From Psammoneis japonica (taxonomy: Eukaryota): 53,427 bases of DNA. The DNA lies in contig QPGO01000129.1 of assembly GCA_008632985.1 (NCBI GenBank), forward strand, positions 186,001-239,427. Reading direction: 5' to 3'. The position numbers and the translations under genes are program-made. The notes below the pieces were generated by a model, which saw only the letters and a program-made list of their open reading frames with translations, was not told where the DNA came from and did not search any database. The number at the start of each line of letters is the position of its first letter. Position 1 is the stretch's first letter. This document shows, piece after piece, positions 12,064 through 23,552 of the stretch.

Positions 12064-15000
12064 ATGGACGAGGCCAACTCCCGTTTTTGCAACGCAATCA
12101 ACAGAAAGTTTGAGATGCTCCACCTGCATGGAGACGGAGAATTTAGACCACACGCATGTTCAGTCTGTGATGTTCTGCTGAAACCCAGAGAAGTTTGCTG
12201 CTTGCCGCTTGAAACATTGGAATCAGCAAGAAACTCACTCACCCCTTCAGACTGGAACAGCGTGTCTGATCGTCTCAAGTCCTGCCACACTGTAGAGCAT
12301 GAAGATGCTGATTGGATCAAAGACCCGCCACTTTCTCCCCGCGCCCAATGCGCAGTGCAGGAAGACAGACGACACGTTGATGGATTCACTTGCTGCAGCG
12401 AATGCCGAAGAAGCCTGAGAAGAGCCGTCATGCCAATGCATGCGATGGCGAACAACTGCTGTTTCTGCACCCCGCCGCGTGAACTGTTGTCTCTGACCAA
12501 AGCAGAGTTGGCAATGCTCACACCAGTGAAAACATGCGGGTGCTGCTTCAGTTGCCTTGGCGGCAAACAGAAGAAGCTTCAGGGAAGTCTGACATGCTGC
12601 AAAGTCAAGATGCAAAGCATCGTAAGAACTGTTGTGCACTTCGACGTGCTGAATTTGCATCAGAATGTGATTGCACTGATGACTGGAAAGATGACTCCGG
12701 AGCAAAGACAACTTGCACGTTCAAAGAACAGAATTAGGACGCACTGCATGCCAAGGGCGATGGAATGGCTGTTGCACCACAACCAAGAGTGGGTGCACCA
12801 ACAGACAAATCTAGACGAAGTCAGGTGCAATCTGCGGAATCCCGCACTTGTCGACAGCACCAGCGAAGAAGAAGGAGAAAATGCAAACATTGAGACCTCA
12901 GAGTCATTTCACATTTGCTTTCCTGATGGAACCATGTCTCCTGCGACCGGTGGTCAGCGCAACCTGGACTGCTTCAAAGATCTTGTGCACGAAGCCACTG
13001 CCAACGGATTTGATTTAGAGGCACAAGCACAGTTGTCCAAAGAATCTGCGAGTGATTTCAAAGGCAACAACTTCATTGACGCGTGTCTGCTGCAGTTTCC
13101 TTTTGGCAGAGGAGGAATCAATGAGACGAGAATGAAGAAAGACAGAAGTCTCACAGATGGCACCAACCTTGCACACTGTGCCGACCACTCAGCACGGATT
13201 TCCCAGCCTCACTTCCATGAGCAGCTCTTCGTGTTAACATGCCACAACTTGACAATGAAGCAAAGGATGCTGCAGAGCGCAGGGTGGAAAGTCAGGGACA
13301 AGAATCAGGCTGCACAGTTTGCAAACGAACTGACAGTGGACGATGTGGACAGAGCTGTTTGTGATCGCAACTTGGGCGAGAGAAGAGATTGTGGACTCGG
13401 GCACCACTTTTTGCATGCACTCGACGTTGCATCTGCGTCTCTGCCACACAGTGACGAAGCAGCAAAGAAAATGAGGAGAAACGCCAAAACTCACCAGCAT
13501 CATTTTGGTCAGGGTGGCATTTTCTTAACCGTCAGTCCGGACGATGCAAATTCGTTTCTTGTGCAACTGCACTCGGGTGTCATCCTGGACCCAAACGAAG
13601 ACGTGACACAACTGACGGACGAAATTCTTGCCAGCAGGGCCAAGCAACGCAATGAACTGCGTCTAAAGTTTCCCGGTCTAACAGCCTTTGCATTTGAGTG
13701 CTTGTTTGACATTGCAATGGAAGAGGCAGTGGGTCAGGATCTGAGTGCCAACCAACCAAGAGAAAACTTTAACTTCTGCATTGGCAGGCCAGCCACATTT
13801 TTAGCCGCAGTTGAGGAGCAGGGACGTCCAACAGTGCATGGACACATGCAGATCTGGTTTGCATCGATCAACAATGCAAGAGAGAAACTGCACTCGCCAA
13901 TGAGACAGATCCGACACGAAGGTGCTGAGTGCCTTGCCAACATGGTTCAGAAGATCTGCAGCACGGAGTTAATCTGCAGCGAGGACTTCAGCACTGACGC
14001 GTTGCGTGAAGCATTTGATCATGACTGCACAGTGCCAAAAATGCACCGCACCTCTCCAAAAGCAGTGGACGACCAACAGCTAAGAAACCTGAGGCATGAA
14101 GATGGCCAGCAGTCAAAGAACGGAATGTTTGCTTGTTGTCGTCACTGCACCAAGCACTGGACAAACGTCGAGTTTGTAGAAAGCTTTTTGCAGTCACGGC
14201 ACTGTGTGCCTGGCCTGACTCGCTGTTGAGACAACCATGCAAAGCGACTGAAAGCAATGTGTGTGCAATGCCAGCGAAGTGGTCCGCAAGGGACAACAGA
14301 GGCACACATGCCGGATGCAGCTTACAACCATCACATGCACGTTACGAAGTCGTGTTTTCCCAAATGCGCAGAGTTGCGTAAAATGCGTAAAAAAACCCCA
14401 CACGAGGAACTGGACACGCAGTCAAGGAAAAGGAAACGAGAGGAGCTCAAACTGGGTGACTGCCGTCACAGGCAACCAGCTGCTTTGTGTCCAAACAACT
14501 TGGCAAGGAATGCAGATGACACTCAGATAAAGTGGTTCAGCTGGGATGGAACTTTTGCGCATCGGTGCGTGAAGGAAGTTGTTCCAAAGAGGAGAAAGCA
14601 CGATGCTTTTCAAAACGTGTCGTGCCCTGCAACAAGCAGATCAAAGCTGACATGCAACACAAACATTGCTTTGTTGATGCCTGGACCGTCTGCTCAATGC
14701 ACGACCAAGTGCATCCCAAAAGATGCCCAGAAAGATGACACTGCATCGTACGACGAAGTGCTTCGAACTGCGAACAGGATGGCGACGGAATTGTGGAAAC
14801 ACACATCTGATGCATCGGAAGCAATCAGACGTCTCACATGGGGTGCTCACTCGCATGACAAGACGAACGTCATTGGACCACCACTTGCGTCTTGCACAAC
14901 AAGGAACGGAAGCCGTTTCATCGAATCTCATTTGACCGCATGGTGCCCCTTGAAAGACATTGTCAGCACACTAGAAAGAGACGAAGTGTCTGTGACTGCA

Positions 15001-17795
15001 GCCCATTTTGGCGATGCACTGTTCTTCCAATGCCAGGCCTTGCACCACCTGTGTCGTCCAACAGCACTGGAGAATCTCAGTCCGTTTGCGTTTTTTAGTG
15101 AGTGCGAAGTTCTTCACAACACAAGGAAAAACGAACACGGCATGATGATGTTCGACAACAGAGCGCACAGGCACCCGTCTCACAATTCAACAAAGAATGA
15201 GTTTCTTCAAGGTGTCAGACAGTGACAGCAACCGCGATTGTCAAAAGCACTTCAGTGTGATTTTCCTGATGCAGCCAAGTTTGGCAGTTGCCTCATGGAT
15301 CCGCAGCAACCAACAACACCAGACAAAGAATTGTGCTGCAAGTTGGCATTGGCCTTGTTCGCGCCTTACAGAACAATGACGGAACTCAAACCAATGACCC
15401 ACGCACACCTGCGTGAATTCCAACTCTCCGCAGTGGCCGGTGTCATTGCAGAGGAAATCTTGAACTTCTTGCAGAACCTGCAGGATGCCAAGTCCAACTG
15501 CCTTCGTCTCAAAAGTGCATCTGACGATCTGCAAAGAAAGACGGAGCAATTTAGACCTGCTGACGTTGCGTTTGACTGTTGCAAAAGTGACGAGGAAGAA
15601 GGTCTTTCAGGCGCCGTTCAGGGTCAACCACTGGATGCACTCTTGGAAGAAATGGCAGAGCAGCCAGAAGACGATGACATTGGGTTGAGCGACCAAGCAG
15701 TCATTCCTGCGCATTTGAGCGGCAAACGTGCAAGACAGAAAGGTCCACACATGGGTGGTTGCAAATGCTTGGCAGACGTGCACACTGACCCACCAAACGA
15801 GGAAAGCCAGGTCAATGAACGACAACTTTTTGAGAATCTAGAGGGTGGCGATGACACCGACGAGGAAGACCAGAATGAAGGAGTGCAACAACACATCCAC
15901 AGCAGACCACTGTCAAGAGACAACATTGTTCGAGTGACACTGACTAGAACGCAAAGAACAAGAAGGTCGTTTGAGGACATGACAGGTTTGGAAGAACACG
16001 TCGATGTGCGTCAAGCAAACGGATCTGCAGCAAGCATCGTAGACTGGGCTGGGAAAGCAAGACTGGACAGGCAACAGCAGCGTGCCTTTGAAATTCTAGC
16101 AGGAACCTTTGTGCTCACTTGCTGCCAAGACACTCTTCAAGACGAGACGTCACACAATGGACTCAACAGGAGAAACAGCAGACACGAGTTTGCAACAAAC
16201 CTTCGCCGATTGAAGAAACTCGTGGAAGTGCAAAGACGCAGAACGTTGCAACTTGTGTGTTTTTTACATGGTGCAGGTGGAAGTGGCAAATCAACCACAG
16301 TGGACCTCGTCGTGGAATGCGGAAGAGAGCATTGCTCGCTTGTTGAGCAGCCGTTCACAACAAGCACAATCAGAGTGACTGCACTGACCGGAGTGGCTGC
16401 GACCATTCTCAAAGGGGACACAATCCACCGAGTTGCATGCCTCATGAGAAGAAAGCAAATGACCGAAGAGCAAATTGAAGCATGGTCAGACACGAGACTT
16501 TTGGTGGCAGACGAGATTTCTTTTGCAAGCAAGAGAGAACTAGAAAAACTCCATGAGAATTTGACAGCATTGAAGAGCGAATTGAGCAAGCCACACGGTG
16601 GTGTCAACATTGTTTTCGCAGGTGACCTCAGGCAACTAGAACCAGTCGGAAAAGGAGTGAAACCACTGCACAAAGATGCATGTCCCGAGTTTCACGAGTG
16701 GATCAACTGCCACATGGAACTTCGTGGTGCACACAGGTTTAAAGACGATCCATCATGGGGAAAACTGCTCAAGAGATTCCACACTGGTGAGATCACAGTT
16801 GATGACACAGAGTGCATCAACGAACGAGCAGCTCAGAACGAAGATGATCTGCCCAGTGACCTCCGCTGTGCCACGTGCGCAAATGAGGACAGAGATGCAA
16901 TTGACACTGGCCATTCGAAAAAAGAGCAGAAACACTGCATGGAAGAGATGGAGACGTCCTTGACTCAATGTTGATTTTCAGTGACGACTTGCAGGTGCAG
17001 AATGGCACGAGACTCTGCCAACCATTTCCGGTTTGCAACAGCTTCTGGAACAACTGTGGTGAAGGAGACATTGTCATGCAATCAGGAAGAATGGATCCAG
17101 TCTTACGAATTTACAGAAGATGCAGAGTCATGACACCTTTCAACGAAAATGCAGCAAATGGTCAAGCAAATGGAACGCAAGCCACTGTTGACAAGGTCGT
17201 TCTCAAACCAGGACAGGAACCAAGACTGGTGACTTTAGACAACAACATTGGCATTCCTGCTGTGCTTGCCAGTCAGGTAGACCACGTTGTGTTGGAACAC
17301 TGCAACAAAAGCATCGACCCCGCGAAGTTTTTAGTTGAGCCAAAAACAAATGCTTTCAGGGCTTGCATCGCCAAGCCCAGCCTAATTTTAGAAGAAGGCG
17401 ATGAACAAAGGCACACTTTCCAACTGAAGGCAACCCAGCTGCCGTTTGTCATCAACAATGCCGCTGCAGGGCACAAACTGCAAGGGAGTGGAGTCCCGCA
17501 GTTGTCTGTGCACTCTTGGAGCTACACTCAGAATTGGGTGCATGTTGTGCTCTCCAGAGCAAAGACCAGAGAAGGGCTGTTCATGCGAAAGCCACCAAGC
17601 AAGGACCTGCGAAAATGCAAGGTCCCAGAAGGCTGCAAAGCCTTGACAAGACTCATGAAGGAGAGAAGCGCCACGCATTTTTCTCAGCAACAGTGCGCAG
17701 AAATGTCAATGCAGTGCGCAAACATTGGATTAGGATGCTCAACCACTGTGCAACTGTTTGGCGACCCCAACCGTAAAAATGCAGAAATTTCGTAA
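12064..17795 (+). mobile_element. Helitron Rep/helicase (RepHel), decayed
   Basis: HUH Rep motifs FLTVSPDD, VEEQGRPTVHGHMQIW and Q[C]TTK[C]IPK (YxxKY). PIF1 helicase motifs HGAGGSGKST, VADEISF, FAGDLRQLEPV, HRFKDD, ANGTQ, HKLQG and VVLSR. Split into four ORF pieces by stops and frameshifts. Confidence 0.93.
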
Positions 17796-17809
17796 AGTGA
17801 AAATGTCGA

Positions 17810-18271
17810 ATGGATTTTAACCAACAAACCAAGAAACGCGAACGCAGCCGTCACAGAAAACGCAGCAATGGAGAAAACATGGATTTGCAACAACAAACAA
17901 AGAAGGCAGACGAGCCAAAGAAAACTGGTGAGGACAAGAAAAAGGTGCAGACATGTGCGGAACTTCTTCAGTCATTGATGAACAAGGAAGACGAAGAGGA
18001 GATCACCTTGGAAGAAGCAAGAGCGGCGTTTGACCTTGCCTCGGGAAATTTTGATGTCACTTCTGCACTTGTGCAAGACAACATGACAGCGGACAGTCAT
18101 CATGTGGAAACAATGGTCACGCCCAAGGATGATTCAACCATGGAGGAGCTAAAGGCAGCATGTGCAGCGGCGATTCCACAGCGGTCGGGGAGATTTTTCA
18201 CCGAGGAGGAGATGGCGGAGCAGGAGAAGGAGCAAGCAAAGTCCCTTCAGAAGAAGCATGGCCAGAAATGA
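17810..18271 (+). CDS. Small charged protein with a UBA-like motif
   Basis: ITLEEARAAFDLASGNFDVTSALV resembles UBA helices 2-3. It lies directly downstream of RepHel. Confidence 0.4.
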   Translation: MDFNQQTKKRERSRHRKRSNGENMDLQQQTKKADEPKKTGEDKKKVQTCAELLQSLMNKEDEEEITLEEARAAFDLASGNFDVTSALVQDNMTADSHHVETMVTPKDDSTMEELKAACAAAIPQRSGRFFTEEEMAEQEKEQAKSLQKKHGQK

Positions 18272-18899
18272 TGGAATTGAGCAAATTGCAAATGACCATT
18301 TGGCAAAGACAACCGCATCAATGCGCAAAATGCACACACATGGACTTTCGCTCAAGCCGCCGCGGATTGAGTGTGGCCACAAATGAGGACCAGCTGTCTG
18401 GCAAAGAAACTGCAACAATGCGTAAATTTCGCACATTTCCACACTCACTCAATCCAACGCAGCTTGCCTTGGACAACATCAACATGCACAACTGGACAAC
18501 ATCAATGTGCACAGCCTCATGAAACCTCACAGAAGACAGAACAGTCAGAAGCAAAACAACCAGCACCGCGCACTGACGCATGTTGGTCATGTCACGTGGG
18601 TCGCGCAAAAGTGCGCACCGAAATGACCATTGTGTGTTGCAATCAATTCGAACGCCCGGCGCAAAATGCAGCAAAATGATTGGTGCAGGCAATCATCATG
18701 GCTCCATTTTCTGACAGTGGCGAGGGCAGCAATCCAAAATCTTTCGGTTTCAGACTTCGATCTAGAGAGTTCCACCTAAAAGAGGAGGAACCAATTGATG
18801 CTGAACAGGTTTTTTGTGCTGGTTTGCTCTGCAAAAGTCTAAAATTGGAGGCAAGGCCATGGAGCTCTGCAGATTTGAGCACAAAACAAAGAATTTTGA

Positions 18900-21800
18900 A
18901 TGTCAAGTCCTGAGTGTCTTTGCAAAGAGGGCTTTGCCGGCATGGAAATGCAATCATTTCACACAGCTGAGCACTTCTTGACAGATTTCAACAGGCTTGC
19001 AGCTTGCAACCAGGGTGGGGCATTGCTGCTTGGCTGAAGGTCTGAACTCTGTGGCAGCGCAGGATGTCTCTGGCACAGGAAGATCCTGGGAGGAAAACGC
19101 CAATGCAAAGAGCTTGGTGTTTGCCTTTTTGTGCTGATCAGGAGTTCTGCAAGAAGCAAGACAGACCTTGCCTTTGAGGCTCTTAAAGTTGTGGCTGAAG
19201 CTCCTGCTTTAAACCCCAGTGGGGGAGCCAGAAATGCTGCTTTGCAAAGCAACAGCAGCCAAGCCAGCATTGTGTGAAAAAAAATTTTTGGAGAAAAGCA
19301 CTTGATTTTGGAAATGGGAATGTTCCCATCATTTTTCACACCGCTGTTTTGCCAGTCAACTTGCTGCTCAAACTGTGCATTTTGCATGTGGGGCTGTGCT
19401 TTTAATTTTCTGTTGTCAATCAATTTGCCCAGCACTGCACAAAACAAACATGCCTCCTGTGGGAATGAATGAGGGGGACCAACCAAAATCAAAACCTGCA
19501 CTGCCAGACATTTTGACAAGAAACGTTGAGAATGTCATCCAGAAGCAGCAGAGATGCACTGAGCATGAGCTTGAATTTTTTGCACCTGTGCTTTGAAATT
19601 TTTCTGTGAAATGCTGGTGTTCAGAGTTGGGCATCATGCATGTTTTGCTTGAGGAAAGAAAACAACTCAGCCAGCCAGCTTCAACACCTGTGCATCAGGA
19701 CATTTCACAGCTGGTGCACAATGCTGCCTTCAACAAAAACCATGACAAGATGCAAGATGACAACAATGTTTTTTCCAACATGTTTTGCAAGTGTGTGGAT
19801 GCCTCACAAAACCCCAAAACAACTTGTGATCCAATCAGGTGGACAATGAAAACAAAAGCAAAGTTTGCTTGCATGCTGAAGAAGTTGCTTTCTTTTGTTT
19901 GTGTGAAAGTGCAAAACAGTGTTGGCAAAAACTTCTGGCAATGTCATGTTGCAAAACAGCAACACGCTGCAGTCTGCTCACAACAACGCACACTTTTCAA
20001 CATGCTCCCTCTCAACAAATGAGGCACTCACTCAAAATCTGGCACAAACCCTCCTGACAATGGTCGCAGACTGTGTGCACAGTTGTTGGCATCACTCCCA
20101 TGTGGGGGGTGCACCCAGCTGCAGCTGCACATGGAACCACAGTGTGTGCTCTCTCCACGTCACATGCTGAATGGCTGCATTTGCCGCCGGCTGGCACAAG
20201 TCATGTTGAGCAGGCTGTGTTTGTCAAATGTGCCGCTTGTCAACCAATGATTTTGAGGGTCAGTTGTTTCCTCCTGCATCACCAAAATTCTGGCTGATCA
20301 ACCTTGCTGCCACCCAGCAAATGTCATGATGCAAAAACGACTGTGTGAAGAGAAACTCGTCACTCTGCCACGTTCCTCTAAGATGCAGAGACCCTCTCAC
20401 ATCACATGTGCAGCATGCATGCAGACAAAAGGTTGTTTTTGTCACGCCCTTTGTGACATTCAAAGGCTGCAACACGTCGCCGTGATGCACCAACTCTTGT
20501 TGGCAGCTGCATGTTGCACTCCTCCCCATGTGTCACGCGTCCATGCGGCTCTTTGCTGATGTGTGCTGACACTGCACGGTTTTGGTGGAACAGTGTGGGC
20601 ACGTGCGAAGGAACATGCAGTTCTGCACAGAGTTTTTGCGCGTTGGACAGTGATCAACGTTGCTGCAGACAACTCCCACTCAGGGTTTCGAACCCCTGGC
20701 CTCCTGCCTGATGGTTGCGATGAACCACTCCGCCATGAATTCATGATGCAGCATGCATGCAGACAAAAGGCCATTTTTGTCACGCCCTTTGTGACATTTA
20801 AAGGCTGTGCTGAACCATGCTTGCCTGACATCAGCTGGTCACCACCGTGCTGGCAGCAGTTTTCTCATTGGCAACAAATGGGTGGTGCACGTCAAGCTGC
20901 AAACAAGTGCCAATTTTGGCACAGTTTTCATTCATCAGAGTGAGCTCAAACTGGAGCGGCTGCAAAAAATCCGGGTGGTGCATGACTTTGCAAGGACGGT
21001 TCTCCAAATTGTGCGCAACAACTTTTTGCACAATCCATCAGATGATCAGCCGCAGCCCAAAGCTTCCACTGAAACAAGCAATGCCCCCTTCTGGAGCAGG
21101 CAAAAAGAGGGCACAAGAGGGGCACAGATGTGCATGGTGCACTTTGCAACAAGCACACATGGGTCATGCTCTCAATCCCCAGCCATCATGCCAACAAGCG
21201 AGCCAAGACAACATGCTTTGATCTGCACGCTGTGAAGTGCTCACATTGAGAGCCAAGACAAGCTTTGAGCAATGCTTCCAATTTGAGCACAGAGGAGCTT
21301 GATGTGTGCGTGCGCGAAGCAACAAGCACACTGCACAGCTCGCAGCAGATTGTTTGAGAGAGCAAAAGCAAAGCGCACCTGCTCAACCAGAAACAGCTCT
21401 GCAGTTTTTGTCTTGACAGCGATTTTGCAAGCAACTGTCTTTGCACACTCAACAATGCTGAGCTTTGTTTGCAACGGGGGGCAAGAACTTGCGGCTTTGT
21501 TGCTCGGCTTGATTTTGAGACCTGTGCTCCAATGACAAGCGTGGCTTCCTCTGCTTGAATGCTGCCCAGATGACCGCACACTGTGCAGAGCAGACCACTG
21601 GAATGTGGGCATTTTGATGCTGTTCCAGAGCAGCACAGCTGACAGCCATGCATGCTGTCTGTGCACTCTCTTCCTGAGCACTGGTCTGTGCCATGCTCCG
21701 CAACGAGATGCTGTGCTCAGCCAAGTCATGTGCCACAAGCTCGTGTGTGACAGTCATGATCACCAGCTGCACAGTTCTGTGGAAATTGTGCACACAGCAA

Positions 21801-22150
21801 GAGCCATGCGCCACAGCTCTTGTCCAAAGTGCAGGGCAGCAAGCAATTTTGTGAGCTTGCTCGGGGTCTTTTTTCTTGTTCTTTTTGCTCGCCCCCCCCC
21901 CCCCCCCCACATGAAGAAGGCCAGCAGAAAATGGCGCAGGAAGCTTGGGGCAGCAGCTTCACAGCACCACTCTTTCTGCTGCACCCAGTTTGCTCCAAGT
22001 CACTTGCTTGGCACTTGTCTGACTCTCTGAGTCTGTCCATCCCGCCAAACAGAGTCGCTGACACCTGCCTGCCTGCTGCACCGGTGTGACCTCTGCGTCT
22101 GACACACCTTTTTTCTGTTCGCTTGTCTTTGTCATTCAATCACATCACAC
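18900..22150. mobile_element. Highly degenerate repeat-derived DNA (TpA- and partly CpG-depleted)
   Basis: Extreme TG/CA richness, very few TA, no recognisable protein, internal direct repeat at 20411 and 20749. Confidence 0.55.
20674..20737 (-). other. tRNA-derived Pol III promoter (SINE head or tRNA pseudogene)
   Basis: Minus strand reads TGGCGGAGTGG (A box, 20725-20735) and GGTTCGAAACC (B box, 20684-20694) with D- and T-arm-like pairing. The anticodon arm looks truncated. Confidence 0.55.
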
Positions 22151-22589
22151 ACGACTTGACTACTCCCTCTGTGCTGTCAACAAGTTGAACCCCCGGATGG
22201 GTAAAATTTCCGCCTCCAGATGGTGCCACAGTGTTTGCTACTTTGTATTTGCTGCGCACCGCCATTCGCGAACCTGTCACCGGGTGCTATTTTTAAGCAC
22301 CCCTGCAACATGAATGTGGTCAACGAGTTCTCCGGAAAATAAGCGAACCCTCCCCTCGCTCACAACTCACAACACAGAATTGTTTCATTACTGTTGAAGT
22401 GATCAGCAGTAGTTTTTCTTTGATCATCCTTTGCAGTTCGTAAGTTGCTTGCTGTTGAAAATGTTGACTGCGTTTGCTTCTCTATCAGAAACTCAGGAAT
22501 GTACGAATTGTGTTATTTCTGATAAAAGCTCGCCAGAACGATCTCACTTCTGCTTTCTTATTGGTTGTTGGCCAGAACTGACCTTTGTG

Positions 22590-23243
22590 ATGAAGTTTTC
22601 ACCTTTTTCTCTCGCGCTTTCACTCGCCCTCATCATCACCAGCATCAATGGCGCACTCGCCCAAGACGATGGCGTTGGCGCCTCTACGGCGGTGGGCTAC
22701 CTCGTTTCCAAAATTAGCGAGAAACAGGATTGGTGTCTCACTGCTGTCAAGAAGACACGTGACTACGGAAACCTCGGCATTACCCATTGCAGGTTTTCCG
22801 CCTTAACCGATGATCAAAAGTGGCAGCTTTTCGACAATGGTACGATCCACAGCGGCATCAACTATGCTGGTGACGCCTCGGACCGCTGCATGGTCGTTGG
22901 TTACCAGAGTAGGTTTCGCAAAGGCATTCGATTGCGTCTCGGTCCGAAAGGTTCGTGTGGATCCGGTAAATTGAACCAGTTCACCACGGATGGAGGCCTC
23001 CTCAGCCTCACCGAGGGCTTTATCAGGCTCAAGGATAACGATGAATTCTGTGTCACCAACCGCAGTAAGATTCCCCACGAGGGCGACATTATGCATGCCA
23101 AGGCGTGCTGGATGAGGGATGACTTCTTCTGGACATTCAGGCCAGAGTTTGAAGCGGTGCCACTGGGACCACCGCCAGTGAGTGTAGTCGTGTCGACACC
23201 GGTACCATCGCAAGAGGAGAGTGGGGTGTCGCCATCAGGATAA
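22590..23243 (+). CDS. Secreted ricin-B/beta-trefoil lectin-like protein
   Basis: Signal peptide MKFSPFSLALSLALII..., repeated xCL/xCM/xCV strands with QKW/FFW (QxW-like) motifs, Pro/Ser-rich tail, normal TpA content. Confidence 0.7.
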   Translation: MKFSPFSLALSLALIITSINGALAQDDGVGASTAVGYLVSKISEKQDWCLTAVKKTRDYGNLGITHCRFSALTDDQKWQLFDNGTIHSGINYAGDASDRCMVVGYQSRFRKGIRLRLGPKGSCGSGKLNQFTTDGGLLSLTEGFIRLKDNDEFCVTNRSKIPHEGDIMHAKACWMRDDFFWTFRPEFEAVPLGPPPVSVVVSTPVPSQEESGVSPSG

Positions 23244-23552
23244 TTACTCCTGTGTCTATATCATCCTGTCGTCGACATTGTAGCGTTCTCGTTTCATTAT
23301 TCACAGCAGTCCATTACAACTGCATATCAAGTTTCATAATTTGTTGGTTCAGAGTTCTGTATATGAATCAAGATACTAAGGCCTTACGAATAAGAGATAT
23401 CGTGTCTCCAGCTTTTACTTACTCTACCTTCGTTTTGTTTCATGATTTTCCCGATTCATATGTGCTGTAGTAGAGATACGAAAGCCGGCGGAAAACACAC
23501 TATAGCTAGAATCATTGTCTCTCTGTCTCTCTACTCATAGTAGTCTCTTACT

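Noticed and set aside
824..17795. Alternative genetic code explaining Tyr>Cys/His
   Set aside because: Adjacent host genes use TAY for conserved Tyr and standard stops. Both TGY and CAY replace TAY, which points to mutation rather than recoding.
18755..18765. Helitron 3' CTAG terminus
   Set aside because: No convincing GC-rich hairpin precedes it.
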